Shown here piece by piece: positions 47,276-56,556 of a DNA stretch of 64,000 nt. The notes beneath the pieces are model-generated. The model had not been told where the DNA came from. It made no database searches and worked only from the letters and a program-made list of their open reading frames with translations. This stretch comes from a virus: positions 2,399-66,398 of the IMG/VR virus record IMGVR_UViG_3300020159_001897. One strand, written 5' to 3'. Every line of letters begins with the position of its first letter. Positions within the stretch are counted from its first letter, which is position 1. The position numbers and the translations under genes are program-made.

Positions 47276-47481
47276 TACTCGAGCCCGCGCCACGCAGTTG
47301 CTGAACGACGCGCCAGCCTCGCAGTAAAGCAAGGGAATGGTGTGCCGCAGTAAATGCAGTGTGGGTCTTTCCCGCCATCTGTTGAGTGCGGTGCCGACAT
47401 CATATGAATCGTTGACTGCAGTCTGTTGATTACAATGTCTCTTGGGTCTACTTCAATATAATTTTCTTCGTTGTCTTCCAT
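47275..47481 (-). CDS. Small zinc-finger protein
   Basis: H...CIYCG.PFPC; AGGAG RBS. Confidence 0.65.
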   Translation of the reverse strand: MEDNEENYIEVDPRDIVINRLQSTIHMMSAPHSTDGGKDPHCIYCGTPFPCFTARLARRSATAWRGLE

Positions 47482-47508
47482 TTGTCTCCTAGTTGGAATG
47501 TGATGGGG

Positions 47509-48132
47509 CTATTGCCCCACCATCACTTCCATTGTCGCTTCGTGTAGTGCGCTTTCAAGTGCTTCGTACACTTCTTCCATCGCTTGGTCGTGCTTCTCCA
47601 TTGAGGCATCATCGTCCCAGTCGTATTCGGGCAGATTATTTAGGCTTATACTATTTTCAGAAATCTCTTCTCCGCCTTTGTATAATTCCCAGCCAGCAAA
47701 ACCCATTCCCTCTTCGGTGTACCAAACGCCAAATGCAAGCGTAGGGAATTGCGCCGAGATGCGCTGAATGAGACCACGAGCAGGCGACCAAGCCGACTGA
47801 TAGGCGAATGTAATGTCGTGGTAGTCCTCTTTGTCAAGAACTTCGTGCCACGCTCCATTCGGTTGAATGTCGTATGCGCCCCATTTAGTTCCCCACACAT
47901 CTATTGCGTTCTGATAGCCGTCAAAGCCATCTTCTGCATTTGAGAATGCGCTGAAAACTTGCTCAGTGCCGTCTTCTTTTTCCCAGCGAACTTCTTTGCT
48001 TGCTCGTGGGTCTAGCGGTACGAGTTTGTTGAAGTTGTAATCGTTTCCGCCTTCGTGGGTTTCCGAGACAAAACGCCTTAGTTCCTTTTTGTCTCCTGTA
48101 ATTGTAAGTCTATTATCGCAATGATTTGGCAT
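47509..48132 (-). CDS. DUF1281/YubB-like protein (ferredoxin-like fold)
   Basis: MPN.C.N.L.I, WGTKW, SAWSP and Y.EEG..FAG motifs. Confidence 0.8.
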   Translation of the reverse strand: MPNHCDNRLTITGDKKELRRFVSETHEGGNDYNFNKLVPLDPRASKEVRWEKEDGTEQVFSAFSNAEDGFDGYQNAIDVWGTKWGAYDIQPNGAWHEVLDKEDYHDITFAYQSAWSPARGLIQRISAQFPTLAFGVWYTEEGMGFAGWELYKGGEEISENSISLNNLPEYDWDDDASMEKHDQAMEEVYEALESALHEATMEVMVGQ

Positions 48133-48318
48133 TAGTTTCTCCTTTGTTGGTTTATGTTATATTCTATTATACCAGTTCTACTGATGTTTCGCAACTCATT
48201 AGGCAAAGTCTTATGTCTAATAGTAAGTCGGTCATTTCAGCAGACGATACAAGTGATTGCCCCGCTATTTTTTGTATTGCTCCATCTACAAGTTGAGTCG
48301 CTTGCACTAAGGATTCGT

Positions 48319-48522
48319 TCACGAATATTCTCCTATGTCTAGAAATCCCGTGCCGTTACCCTCGGGGTCAGCCATAACAATAGCGTATGTGTCGTCAGTG
48401 AATTCAAGTACGGCAGTTGGGTTGCTATTTTTATACCAACCGAGTTGTTCGTACTCCTCGTCCCCCAGGCTCCGCACCCCCGCGATTGTTTTTCCGATAA
48501 GTGTTTCTGCGTAGTGGCTCAT
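48319..48522 (-). CDS. Hypothetical protein
   Basis: L.GKTI..V...D.EGNG.G motif; coupled to the upstream gene. Confidence 0.65.
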   Translation of the reverse strand: MSHYAETLIGKTIAGVRSLGDEEYEQLGWYKNSNPTAVLEFTDDTYAIVMADPEGNGTGFLDIGEYS

Positions 48523-48782
48523 AGGGCTATCTCCATCTTTACTGGTGCTGATGCGAGCAACTCTGCATAGACGGGTGAGGCGTATGCTTCGCCGTCTTTG
48601 GTGATGGTGAACACTGGCTCCCAAAAGTTGCCACTGCGAACCCTTGCGCTCAGTTCTGTGCCCTCTTTCCAGTTCTTGGTGACGAACTCAACTGCCTCTA
48701 CGACATCGTAGAACCACTCCTCGCGCGCCATTGTCAAGACCACGCGAATTGCTGGTGAGCCGTACATTCTTGGTTTTCTCAT
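48519..48782 (-). CDS. Hypothetical early protein
   Basis: AAGGAG RBS; own promoter. Confidence 0.65.
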   Translation of the reverse strand: MRKPRMYGSPAIRVVLTMAREEWFYDVVEAVEFVTKNWKEGTELSARVRSGNFWEPVFTITKDGEAYASPVYAELLASAPVKMEIAL

Positions 48783-48955
48783 TGGTTTCTCCTTTGTTGT
48801 CATTGGGTATGTATATATTATATCAGGTTGTGCAGGCGATTGCAACCTCTGCTAAAAGATTTTATTTCGCCGTCCCCTACCCCTGCCGCATTTTTTCAAA
48901 TTTGGCGGGCGGGCTATCGGGCCCGACAGTTTCCCATCGGGCCCGACCGCTAGTG

Positions 48956-49996
48956 CTACAGGCTCGCTAGAGCCTGCAACACTTTCGTATCTGCCGTACC
49001 AGTAGAACCGCTAAGAGCGTTGAGCATATTGCGCTCTACTCGGTTCTTGTCAGTGCCAGCCTTGTGATGGTTGTAGGTGTTGTAAGCCTGCAACACTCCC
49101 AACGCTGAACCCTTCCACGGTGCTACTCGCATATCGTTAGCGTAGAGGTCTTTCAACGCCCAACGCTTATTCTCTGCACGAGTGATTGCCGTCTTCATTT
49201 CAAGGTCGGTCGGTACTGGTACTAACTGGTTGAGCAGTGTGTTCCACTGTTCGTCCGTTACTTTCCATTCCGACAACTTTGTAATCTCTGCGATTACATC
49301 GTCAGTCATTTTGTGAATAATTCCAAGCGCATCACGAGCCGATTGAATTTTCAATGCGCTGTGCTTTGAGTGGCGAGCCTTGAATTGCTCTCCATCTTCG
49401 CCCATCGCCATTGAGTGTGTGTTGTCGCAGACCACGAAGGTAGAAACCTTCTTGTAGGTCGTTGCCAATGTCCCAATGTGGCTAGTTGTTGCAAGTAAGT
49501 GCGGACGAACCTTGAAGCCGTCAATGACTTCAATGCTTTCGGGCATTTCAAGCGACACCCAAGCAACTCCGCCATTCTTCAACAAGCCTGCAGAACCGAT
49601 TGCCAACTCGTCATCTACGAGGTTTGCGAGGTTCTTTACGAGCCAGTCGTTGTACTGGTGGATTGCGTAGCCATCTTTGAAGATTTCAAACAGGTCGTTT
49701 GTGTCATCTCGCAGGATTGCTTTACGGTTTTCAGCCTTGATGAACTTGACGGGATTTCCGTTTTCGTCCACGCTGGTTGCATCGTCCATCGTTGCTGGCA
49801 CTTGAATGAACACTGGGGCTTCTTGTGCCGACCAAGCGAACAGCCTGCGCTGTACATCTTCAACAGGGATTGCTCCTGCATAATGGTTCGGCTCATCGCC
49901 TTGTGCATCTTTCTTGTAGTGCCACGCATTTCCACGCTGGTCGGTCATACCAACCAAAATCTGCGTGTTGTACCACTCGGTAGTTTCCATTCCCAT
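48956..49996 (-). CDS. DUF932 / TIGR03299-family phage-plasmid protein
   Basis: AWH, SAG.L..G...W, LL..TSH.G, VVCDNT and G...G..QA motifs. Confidence 0.85.
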   Translation of the reverse strand: MGMETTEWYNTQILVGMTDQRGNAWHYKKDAQGDEPNHYAGAIPVEDVQRRLFAWSAQEAPVFIQVPATMDDATSVDENGNPVKFIKAENRKAILRDDTNDLFEIFKDGYAIHQYNDWLVKNLANLVDDELAIGSAGLLKNGGVAWVSLEMPESIEVIDGFKVRPHLLATTSHIGTLATTYKKVSTFVVCDNTHSMAMGEDGEQFKARHSKHSALKIQSARDALGIIHKMTDDVIAEITKLSEWKVTDEQWNTLLNQLVPVPTDLEMKTAITRAENKRWALKDLYANDMRVAPWKGSALGVLQAYNTYNHHKAGTDKNRVERNMLNALSGSTGTADTKVLQALASL

Positions 49997-50169
49997 TTTA
50001 TTGCTCCTTTGTTAGTTTGTTGTTTGATTACTTACTGATACTATTGTATCACTTTATCGCAGGCTTTGCAACCCGTACAGAAGGTTTTTTTTATTTCTTC
50101 TCGATAACTTGATAATTCAATTCTATCGGGACATTGCCAAAACACCAACCTCAAAATAAAATTATCGGG

Positions 50170-50307
50170 TGATATATCACGGCTTAGTGCTAAATAGACC
50201 CGCGCGTCCCCTGTGGTTATTGTCTTTCAACTGTTTTGTTCCCTGCCCGAGGAAAATGGTGTTCCAGAGTAATTGATTTTATTTTCGCACTCCGTTTCCC
50301 TTGGGGC
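50170..50307 (+). promoter_or_regulatory. Island: TGATATATCA and tripartite motif copy 5
   Basis: TGATATATCA 50170; motif at 50252. Confidence 0.8.
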
Positions 50308-50324
50308 TGGTGCCCTGGCGCACA

Positions 50325-50369
50325 AATAAAAAAGACCCAGCCTAGTAATGGGGGTGACTAGGCTGGGCC
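50325..50369 (-). terminator. Intrinsic terminator with an oligo-C loop
   Basis: 13-bp stem, loop CACCCCCAUU, then a U-tract. Confidence 0.8.
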
Positions 50370-50411
50370 GCGCAGATGGCTCACAAAGGAGATTAAGGAG
50401 CCATCGCGAAC

Positions 50412-50687
50412 TTAAACAAATTTATCGCATTCTGTACAGAAGTCTGGAACTAACTCAGAGTCTGATTTAAAGATAACTTTTGGGAACTTGTCTGAGTCGA
50501 ATGACCACTCATTTTCCCTATCTACTTTTAAATCATCTGCCAGCAGGTCGAGCATGTCTTCCGTCGACTGTGACTTGAGAGTCTTGTCGATAAATCCATC
50601 CAGGTACATCTTGCGACGTAGGCACTTAGGGCAGAATGTTTCCGCCTTAAATACATACCCTGTGATTTCATCGAATGTCTTCAACAA
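50412..50687 (-). CDS. Zn-binding hypothetical protein
   Basis: FCPKC...FDSD.FPKVIF...C..C; start uncertain. Confidence 0.6.
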   Translation of the reverse strand: MLKTFDEITGYVFKAETFCPKCLRRKMYLDGFIDKTLKSQSTEDMLDLLADDLKVDRENEWSFDSDKFPKVIFKSDSELVPDFCTECDKFV

Positions 50688-50910
50688 GTAGCATCCTTTC
50701 AAAGGCACGGGTTGCCGCCGCTGGGAACTCTGGCAGTGCACTTACGGGCCAAAGCGATTCGAGAGCATGAATGCTCATTGCCTCTTCTCGTCCGCAGTCA
50801 GAACATACTTCTGTTTTATTGTCGACTCTAGAGATTGCTCCAGGGTATCGACCAGGCGTCAGGTTGCTCGGAATATATCCTTGGCACCGCGGGCACACAG
50901 GAGCGTTCAC
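50668..50910 (-). CDS. Zinc-finger protein
   Basis: CPRC...GA.SR.DN.TE.CS.CG..EA. Confidence 0.7.
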   Translation of the reverse strand: MNAPVCPRCQGYIPSNLTPGRYPGAISRVDNKTEVCSDCGREEAMSIHALESLWPVSALPEFPAAATRAFERMLLVEDIR

Positions 50911-51101
50911 GAGGGCTTCCTAAACGCTGTTGGGTGTGCTGCACGGGAGCGTTCTTGTTTGCGCTTCCTAGAGGCTCCTAGAGGGCTTAGAAGGGACTTC
51001 AGTATTCTGTTCGGTTTCATTTGTTTCTCCTTTGTTGTTGAGTTAGTTATTACATATTCAAGTATATCAGTTATTTGCTTCTTTGGCAACTTTAGTTGCG
51101 C

Positions 51102-51226
51102 GGTTAAGGTGTGGTTAAGGGACGGTTATATGTACGGTTATGGGTGACAGTATGCCACCCCTAGAGGTGACAAATTGCCACTGGGGGGTGACAGTATGCC
51201 ACTAGGGGGGTGTCAGGATGTCACCT
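51102..51226. repeat. Iteron-like array: four ~22-bp units plus four phased GGTTA
   Basis: GTG(A/T)CA-N3-TG(C/T)CAC at 51144, 51167, 51188 and 51210. Confidence 0.8.
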
Positions 51227-51587
51227 CAGAGTCGCCTTCATCTTCTTCAAAATGCTTTGAACTTCCGCTATTCAAGAGCCTTTGTGCCCTTAAAATAAGA
51301 CTTCGTTCACGGGCTGACTTGCCACCCCATATTCCGAATCGTTCTGATGACTCTAATGCTGATTCTAAACAATCGTGTCTTACCACGCACTCCTTGCAAA
51401 TGCTTTTGGCGCGCCTTAACTTCTCTACATCGCCAGGGGCGGGATAGAAAGTAGTTGTCGGTTCATCTTTGCAGTTAGCCTGCTTTGTCCATGCTGGTCG
51501 TTCGATACGGAAACCCGTACCTGACTCCCACTCTGTTTGGGCATAGCGTTGCTTGGGCGCACGGTAAGAATCCCAAGGGCTAGACAT
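51213..51587 (-). CDS. whiB: WhiB-family Fe-S transcription regulator
   Basis: W...A.C, AK.IC..C.V...CL..AL and GIWGG.S..ER motifs. Confidence 0.92.
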   Translation of the reverse strand: MSSPWDSYRAPKQRYAQTEWESGTGFRIERPAWTKQANCKDEPTTTFYPAPGDVEKLRRAKSICKECVVRHDCLESALESSERFGIWGGKSARERSLILRAQRLLNSGSSKHFEEDEGDSEVTS

Positions 51588-51645
51588 AGTTGCAGAATAT
51601 ACAACATCCTGCTACCCATGTCTAGTACCTAATAATTATTTATTC

Positions 51646-53260
51646 TTACCAAACAATTATGTCTGTCCGCTTGTTGTTTGTTAAGTCGTCTACGCCGAAA
51701 CTACCCATCTCGATGAGTTCGTCTACCGTGTACAACTGCAACATAGCCTTAAAGTTTTCTACTGCCGCTTGTGGTGTAGGTGCTTCGGTATCGTGTTCCT
51801 GCATAAATTCCATATAAACTCTATAGTGATTCATTACTTGCCTCCATAATCATTTTGTTAAATAGTTCTACAACTTCTTCTTCGTTCTCCTCAAACTTCC
51901 CGTCACCGAGATAGCCCGACTCAAACTCTGAATTATCGTTGTTCCAAATCATTCGGTTGCCGAACATTGCCTGTTCGGTTTCCACATCGTGCACCCACCT
52001 GCCAGTGTTGCTGTCAAAGTAGGTGACGAAGTAATACTGTTTATTATTCTGCTTCATCAGTAGCCTTCTTCGTCGTCGTCGTCGTACCAGCCGTCATCAT
52101 CTTGTGCGCCTTGCGGAATAAGCGACTTGAAGCCAGCGTTCGGGTCTTCATTATTCGTCTCCACCGACTGAACAAAGCGAAGTGGGCACGAGTCTTCCCA
52201 CCAGTGCTTTATCTTTGTCAACATTTCCTGTGTTGAGCCAGTGAAGTTGCATGAAGTACTGCACTCTTTTTCGTTGTAGTTATTTCTAAACCACTCCGCT
52301 TGCTCCAAGTCCATCGCAAGATAAATCTTGTGACAGCCATCAAAAGCAATTAGTTCTGCATACTGAATCGCATCTTCTACGTCGCTCCAGTAATCTTCCA
52401 TTGTTGTTGTAGCCATTAGTTTCTCCTTTGTTATTGTGTTACTTACATTGTATCAGTTTCTTCGTCTGTTTCCTCAATAAAAGGAACAGAAACCAATAAA
52501 ACTTCTACTGACTGGTCTGTATCTACCGCCCCGTCAACAATTGGATATGCAAATGCCTTTAGGACACCGTGCTCATTAATATAATAATTAATATCAATGT
52601 AGTCGTTGTATGAGTCCCACTCATCGTGCTCTAGGTGATAGTTGCCTAGACCCATTGCGTGGAGCAGTACCATCGAACCACACTTTGTCTTTGCGTGGCG
52701 GATAATGTCATCCAACTGGAACATCACAACGCCAAGTTTCTTGGCTTCGTTATATAAATCTTTTTCTAGTACTTGCATTGCCATTAGAAGTCTCCTTTTT
52801 CATAAATTACATAGTTTAAAATTTCCCATATTTTTGTATTAATGTGTTCGTACCCTTCATTGTTGTCAAAGTCCTCTACGGCTTTTAACCACTGTTCGTC
52901 AGAGCACGGATTGTTATCGGCATCATAAAATAATTCCTTACCCCACCAAGAAGCACATATCTCCTCATCTTTCGGGTAACGCTCCAACATTCTGATTACT
53001 TCCCAAACTTTCATTGTGTTCTCCTAACCTATTCCTAAAATAAGATACGGCTTTAGTTGGTCTTGTGTCATTACTGCTGTCCAGTGTTCTACTTCAGAAA
53101 CATCCCACGGTTTATCCCACGGAAGTACCTGAATATCAATAATGTCCTCGTAGATGTGGTCGCCACTATCCACCAACGCCTGTGCTTCCTCTAGGCTGTT
53201 GGCATCAACTTGATAAGTGATTGCTACATCAACTGATTGTTGTATTAAATATTGTTTCAT
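51646..53260 (-). other. Operon of six small acidic hypothetical CDS (51646..51834, 51821..52057, 52057..52416, 52443..52784, 52784..53014, 53024..53260)
   Basis: Co-oriented, overlapping or abutting ORFs, most with an AGGAG-type RBS. Confidence 0.7.
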
Positions 53261-53350
53261 TAGTTTCTCCTTTGTTTAGTTTTGAATAGTGGGACAGTCA
53301 CCCCGACAGTGACTGCCCCACTACATCTAGTTTATCAGCATTATTGAATA

Positions 53351-53815
53351 TTACCAACTCGACTGATACTTGAAACTCCAAGTATCGTCCATCTTCAAGC
53401 ACTTATCAATAATTTCGATAGTGCTCTCGACATCTTGCCAGTACCACTCATCGAACTCGGTAGAGCCGAAGAAGAAGCCCGACTGTGTGGGCAACAATGC
53501 TTCTGCTTTATCCTTTTCTTTGAGTGCCAACTTGCAGAGGTCACGAAGTTCCATCAACTTGTCACGGTCTACATAGTATTCCGCACAGTTATCTTCACCA
53601 CCCTGCACATTTTTGACGAACCAAGCGTGAACCTGATTTGCCTTGCGCCAGTATCCGACCTTTAGGTCAATATTGATTGACGGCAATTCTGTATCAACAA
53701 ACTTTTCACCGTCAATAGCGGTCAAAATATCGTTGAATATCTTGCGGTCTGCTTCGCCACGCCACTCGGCGTTGCTTGTGTACTTACTTGCGTATAGATA
53801 TTGGTCTAATCCCAT
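53351..53815 (-). CDS. Conserved phage protein (MGLD...YWRKAN..H.WF...LP...GFFFG...Y.SSW family)
   Basis: Characteristic motif string; AAGGAG RBS; own promoter. Confidence 0.8.
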   Translation of the reverse strand: MGLDQYLYASKYTSNAEWRGEADRKIFNDILTAIDGEKFVDTELPSINIDLKVGYWRKANQVHAWFVKNVQGGEDNCAEYYVDRDKLMELRDLCKLALKEKDKAEALLPTQSGFFFGSTEFDEWYWQDVESTIEIIDKCLKMDDTWSFKYQSSW

Positions 53816-53883
53816 TGTGTTCTCCTTTGTTAAGTTGTTTATTGTGTTGTATCTATTATAGCACGGATATTCTTGAATTGCAA

Positions 53884-54132
53884 CTATAAAGTGCTGAAAT
53901 AATCTGCGTTGAACAGTCCAGCCATGTAGGTTGCTTGTCCGACTATTTCTAAAGTATCCCATTGAATAATATTTCCGCAGTCAAAGCAGACATAGATATC
54001 TTTCCAGTCGCCATCAGGCTCTCGGATTACTCCGTTCTGGTGGCACGGATAGAAACCTGACGAGGCAGGCGTGTTGCCACACTTGCACTCAAACCAGTCT
54101 GGGTTTCCACCGATAAATTGTTTTTCTTCCAT
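53884..54132 (-). CDS. Zinc-ribbon protein
   Basis: C.CGN.P...GF.PC...C..CG. Confidence 0.7.
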   Translation of the reverse strand: MEEKQFIGGNPDWFECKCGNTPASSGFYPCHQNGVIREPDGDWKDIYVCFDCGNIIQWDTLEIVGQATYMAGLFNADYFSTL

Positions 54133-54202
54133 TAGGTTCTCCTTTGTAATTGCGTTACTTCAAGTATACACGAATATTGCACAAAGCGGGCGGATTTGTT
54201 TG

Positions 54203-54324
54203 TGATATATCAGACGGTAAAATAAAAGAACACCACATCTACTGGGTGGGTTGTCCCCTCTCCAGCGAGAATATGGTGTTCCAAAACGAATGATTTTATT
54301 TAGTGCTGCCGTTTCCCTCGGGCC
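54203..54324 (+). promoter_or_regulatory. Island: TGATATATCA and tripartite motif copy 6
   Basis: TGATATATCA 54203; GAATATGGT-N13-TGATTTTATTT-N8-CGTTTCC at 54269. Confidence 0.8.
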
Positions 54325-54572
54325 TAGACCCGCGCGAGGAAAGAGGTGCCTCCCATTTCTGCAATCGAAGTGGCAAACAGTTCTTGCAGGTCGCGGAACC
54401 TTATCGAGACATTCTCCAGAATAAAATTACTGTCGAACATCCAGGCTCCACTGCAATTCCTCCCCTCCGAAATAGCGACGAGTGCGTCGACATCCATCGC
54501 GCGCAACAACGCCGCTAGTTCTATGCAGGACTCGAAGGTTGGCATCCGAGCGGATAATTTGAGTGGCTGCAT
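54324..54572 (-). CDS. Hypothetical protein
   Basis: GGAG RBS. Confidence 0.5.
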   Translation of the reverse strand: MQPLKLSARMPTFESCIELAALLRAMDVDALVAISEGRNCSGAWMFDSNFILENVSIRFRDLQELFATSIAEMGGTSFLARV

Positions 54573-54609
54573 GTCTCCATACTGCCACTTTAAATCGTAT
54601 AGTTTTTAA

Positions 54610-54849
54610 CTATCCGACCCAGCGCCCGAACACTGTGTAGCCTTCGCCCTCGCTGCGAACCAACCACTCGGTTCCAGGGTAACGCTTTTTATATTGCTGC
54701 GCCTTTGAGTGACCCGTGCGCGCAGTATTGCCTGCACTGTACACAGCCCATGTGTTAGGACTTGCCATCAGTTGTTCTACGAACTTACGAACCTGACCTG
54801 GCGAGCCGTTTTTTGGCGTTGGTGGATTGCGAAATTCTATCGCTGTCAT
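54610..54849 (-). CDS. Hypothetical protein
   Basis: L...P..WA...V..R..G pattern; AGGAG RBS; own promoter. Confidence 0.7.
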   Translation of the reverse strand: MTAIEFRNPPTPKNGSPGQVRKFVEQLMASPNTWAVYSAGNTARTGHSKAQQYKKRYPGTEWLVRSEGEGYTVFGRWVG

Positions 54850-54923
54850 TGTATTCTCCTATTATTGTTGGTTTATTGAGTATTGCTTATTACACTGTAC
54901 ATGCTGATATATCAGATTGCAAC

Positions 54924-55388
54924 CTAGAAGGGAAGATTATCCCACTTTCCTTCGCGCTCACAATCAAATACATTTACTCCTAACGAGGTATACATCTCGC
55001 GCGTGCGATTGTTTGACTCGATAGCAAAATATTGTTTAGGGTTATCTCCGTACATCGGAAATACTTTTTCAAGTACTTGCTTCTTTTTTACCAGAGGTGC
55101 TTCCGAGCCAGAAATGCCAGTGTCATTGAACATTGCATGGTTCGGCGACCACTGGTTTGTGTCCCAGATTCGCTTCAAGGTTGGGCGCGCCCACTTCTGG
55201 TCACGAGCGGTAATTAGAATTACATACTCGTCACGAAGCAGGTCGACCATCCAGTCGCGATACTCCTCGACTTCCTTGACAAAGGTCTCGAAGTTGTGAT
55301 GACGCATTTCTTTAAAATTACTTGACAGCGCGACATTCAAATCCATGAGGATAATCCTGTCGATATGCTTGCGTCGCTTCTGTTCCAT
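54924..55388 (-). CDS. HAD-fold protein (PNKP-phosphatase-like, degenerate motif I)
   Basis: IILMDLN, LITAR, K and AIESN motifs. Confidence 0.55.
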   Translation of the reverse strand: MEQKRRKHIDRIILMDLNVALSSNFKEMRHHNFETFVKEVEEYRDWMVDLLRDEYVILITARDQKWARPTLKRIWDTNQWSPNHAMFNDTGISGSEAPLVKKKQVLEKVFPMYGDNPKQYFAIESNNRTREMYTSLGVNVFDCEREGKWDNLPF

Positions 55389-55741
55389 TATTTTATTCTA
55401 CCTTGTCTTTTTTGCCTGTTGTTATAAGTTCCATCTCCACAACTCTCGTTGAGTGTTTTTCTGGATTATTGCACGTCGGCGGGTAGGTGGAACTAATCGT
55501 TCCAGCCGTCACCCCGCAAACCGCGCACTTCCAGTTGTATGGCATCTTGCTCACCAGTCGTTTCCTCCGTCATATCCGTATGCTCCGCCTTGTAGCAGAA
55601 TTCCAGTAAGAAGATACTCCATACTGCTCATTCCGTGCACACACATGTCGCATACCATAGAGCCGTCTTCAAATTCGTAGACAGTCATGGCTGGCATGCA
55701 GCATGTATCGCACTCGATGTAATGCTTACTTTGTAGGTGAG

Positions 55742-56056
55742 TTACGGTGTATGACCCGAGTTGTGTTGCCTGATTACGGTTGTTACGGGGCCGTTTTTTA
55801 CGCTTCCGTTCCATTGTTTGTTGTAACTCCTTGCAATTTGACTAGGGCTTGCGCCACCGATGTATCTGTACCAACCCAAGATGTGCTTTAGCATTGTCAA
55901 CGACGCTCTCACGAACGCTAAGACAAAGAAAAAAGCAAATAGTTGTGGGTTTTGGTCGGCGAACATCAATCCGACGAGCATCAGCGTGCCCACCTGAAGG
56001 AATGTTCCAATTCCTGGCATTGTCCAAATAAGAAACTGTTTACTTAGATATTTCAT
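55742..56056 (-). CDS. Membrane protein
   Basis: Two TM segments; GGAG RBS. Confidence 0.6.
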   Translation of the reverse strand: MKYLSKQFLIWTMPGIGTFLQVGTLMLVGLMFADQNPQLFAFFFVLAFVRASLTMLKHILGWYRYIGGASPSQIARSYNKQWNGSVKNGPVTTVIRQHNSGHTP

Positions 56057-56358
56057 ATTTCTCCATTATGTTAGGTCTCCGAGTGTACAGGTTGCATCTT
56101 TCTGTCACAACCTGCTATCCGTAATATATCAGAGATTCCCGTAGAACTCACTAAAACTATTCCAGTTTTCGTCGTCCTCTTGGTCGAGTCCGTTCTTTAG
56201 ACACCAGTAGGCATATGCATCCATTTTTAATTTCATTTCAGCAACTGCTTCTGGCGAAACATTAAACATAACTATATCCATTATTCACCTCCTTCATTGG
56301 GTTGACTTCAGTATACCAGCCCAATCGCACATTCACAACATTGTGCGTAATATTTCGG

Positions 56359-56556
56359 TGATATATCACAGACTATAATATTAAATAAATGCGCTTTGCC
56401 CACCGTCTGGATAGATTTGTCCCCTGCACCCTGAGAAAATGGTGTTCCAGATGCCATGATTTAATTTTGCTTTTTCTGGCTTTAATCTGGGGGCGGCCGA
56501 AGAAAATGGTGTTCCATCGGCTGTGATTTAATTTACTCGCCGCCCGTTTCCTTAGA
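56359..56556 (+). promoter_or_regulatory. Last island: TGATATATCA and tandem tripartite motif copies 7 (partial) and 8
   Basis: TGATATATCA 56359; motifs at 56435 and 56502. Confidence 0.8.

Noticed and set aside
34125-56556. CRISPR array or integron attC interpretation of the dispersed repeats
   Set aside because: Copies are kilobases apart and non-palindromic, they lack RYYYAAC/GTTRRRY ends, and there is no cas or integrase gene in the window.
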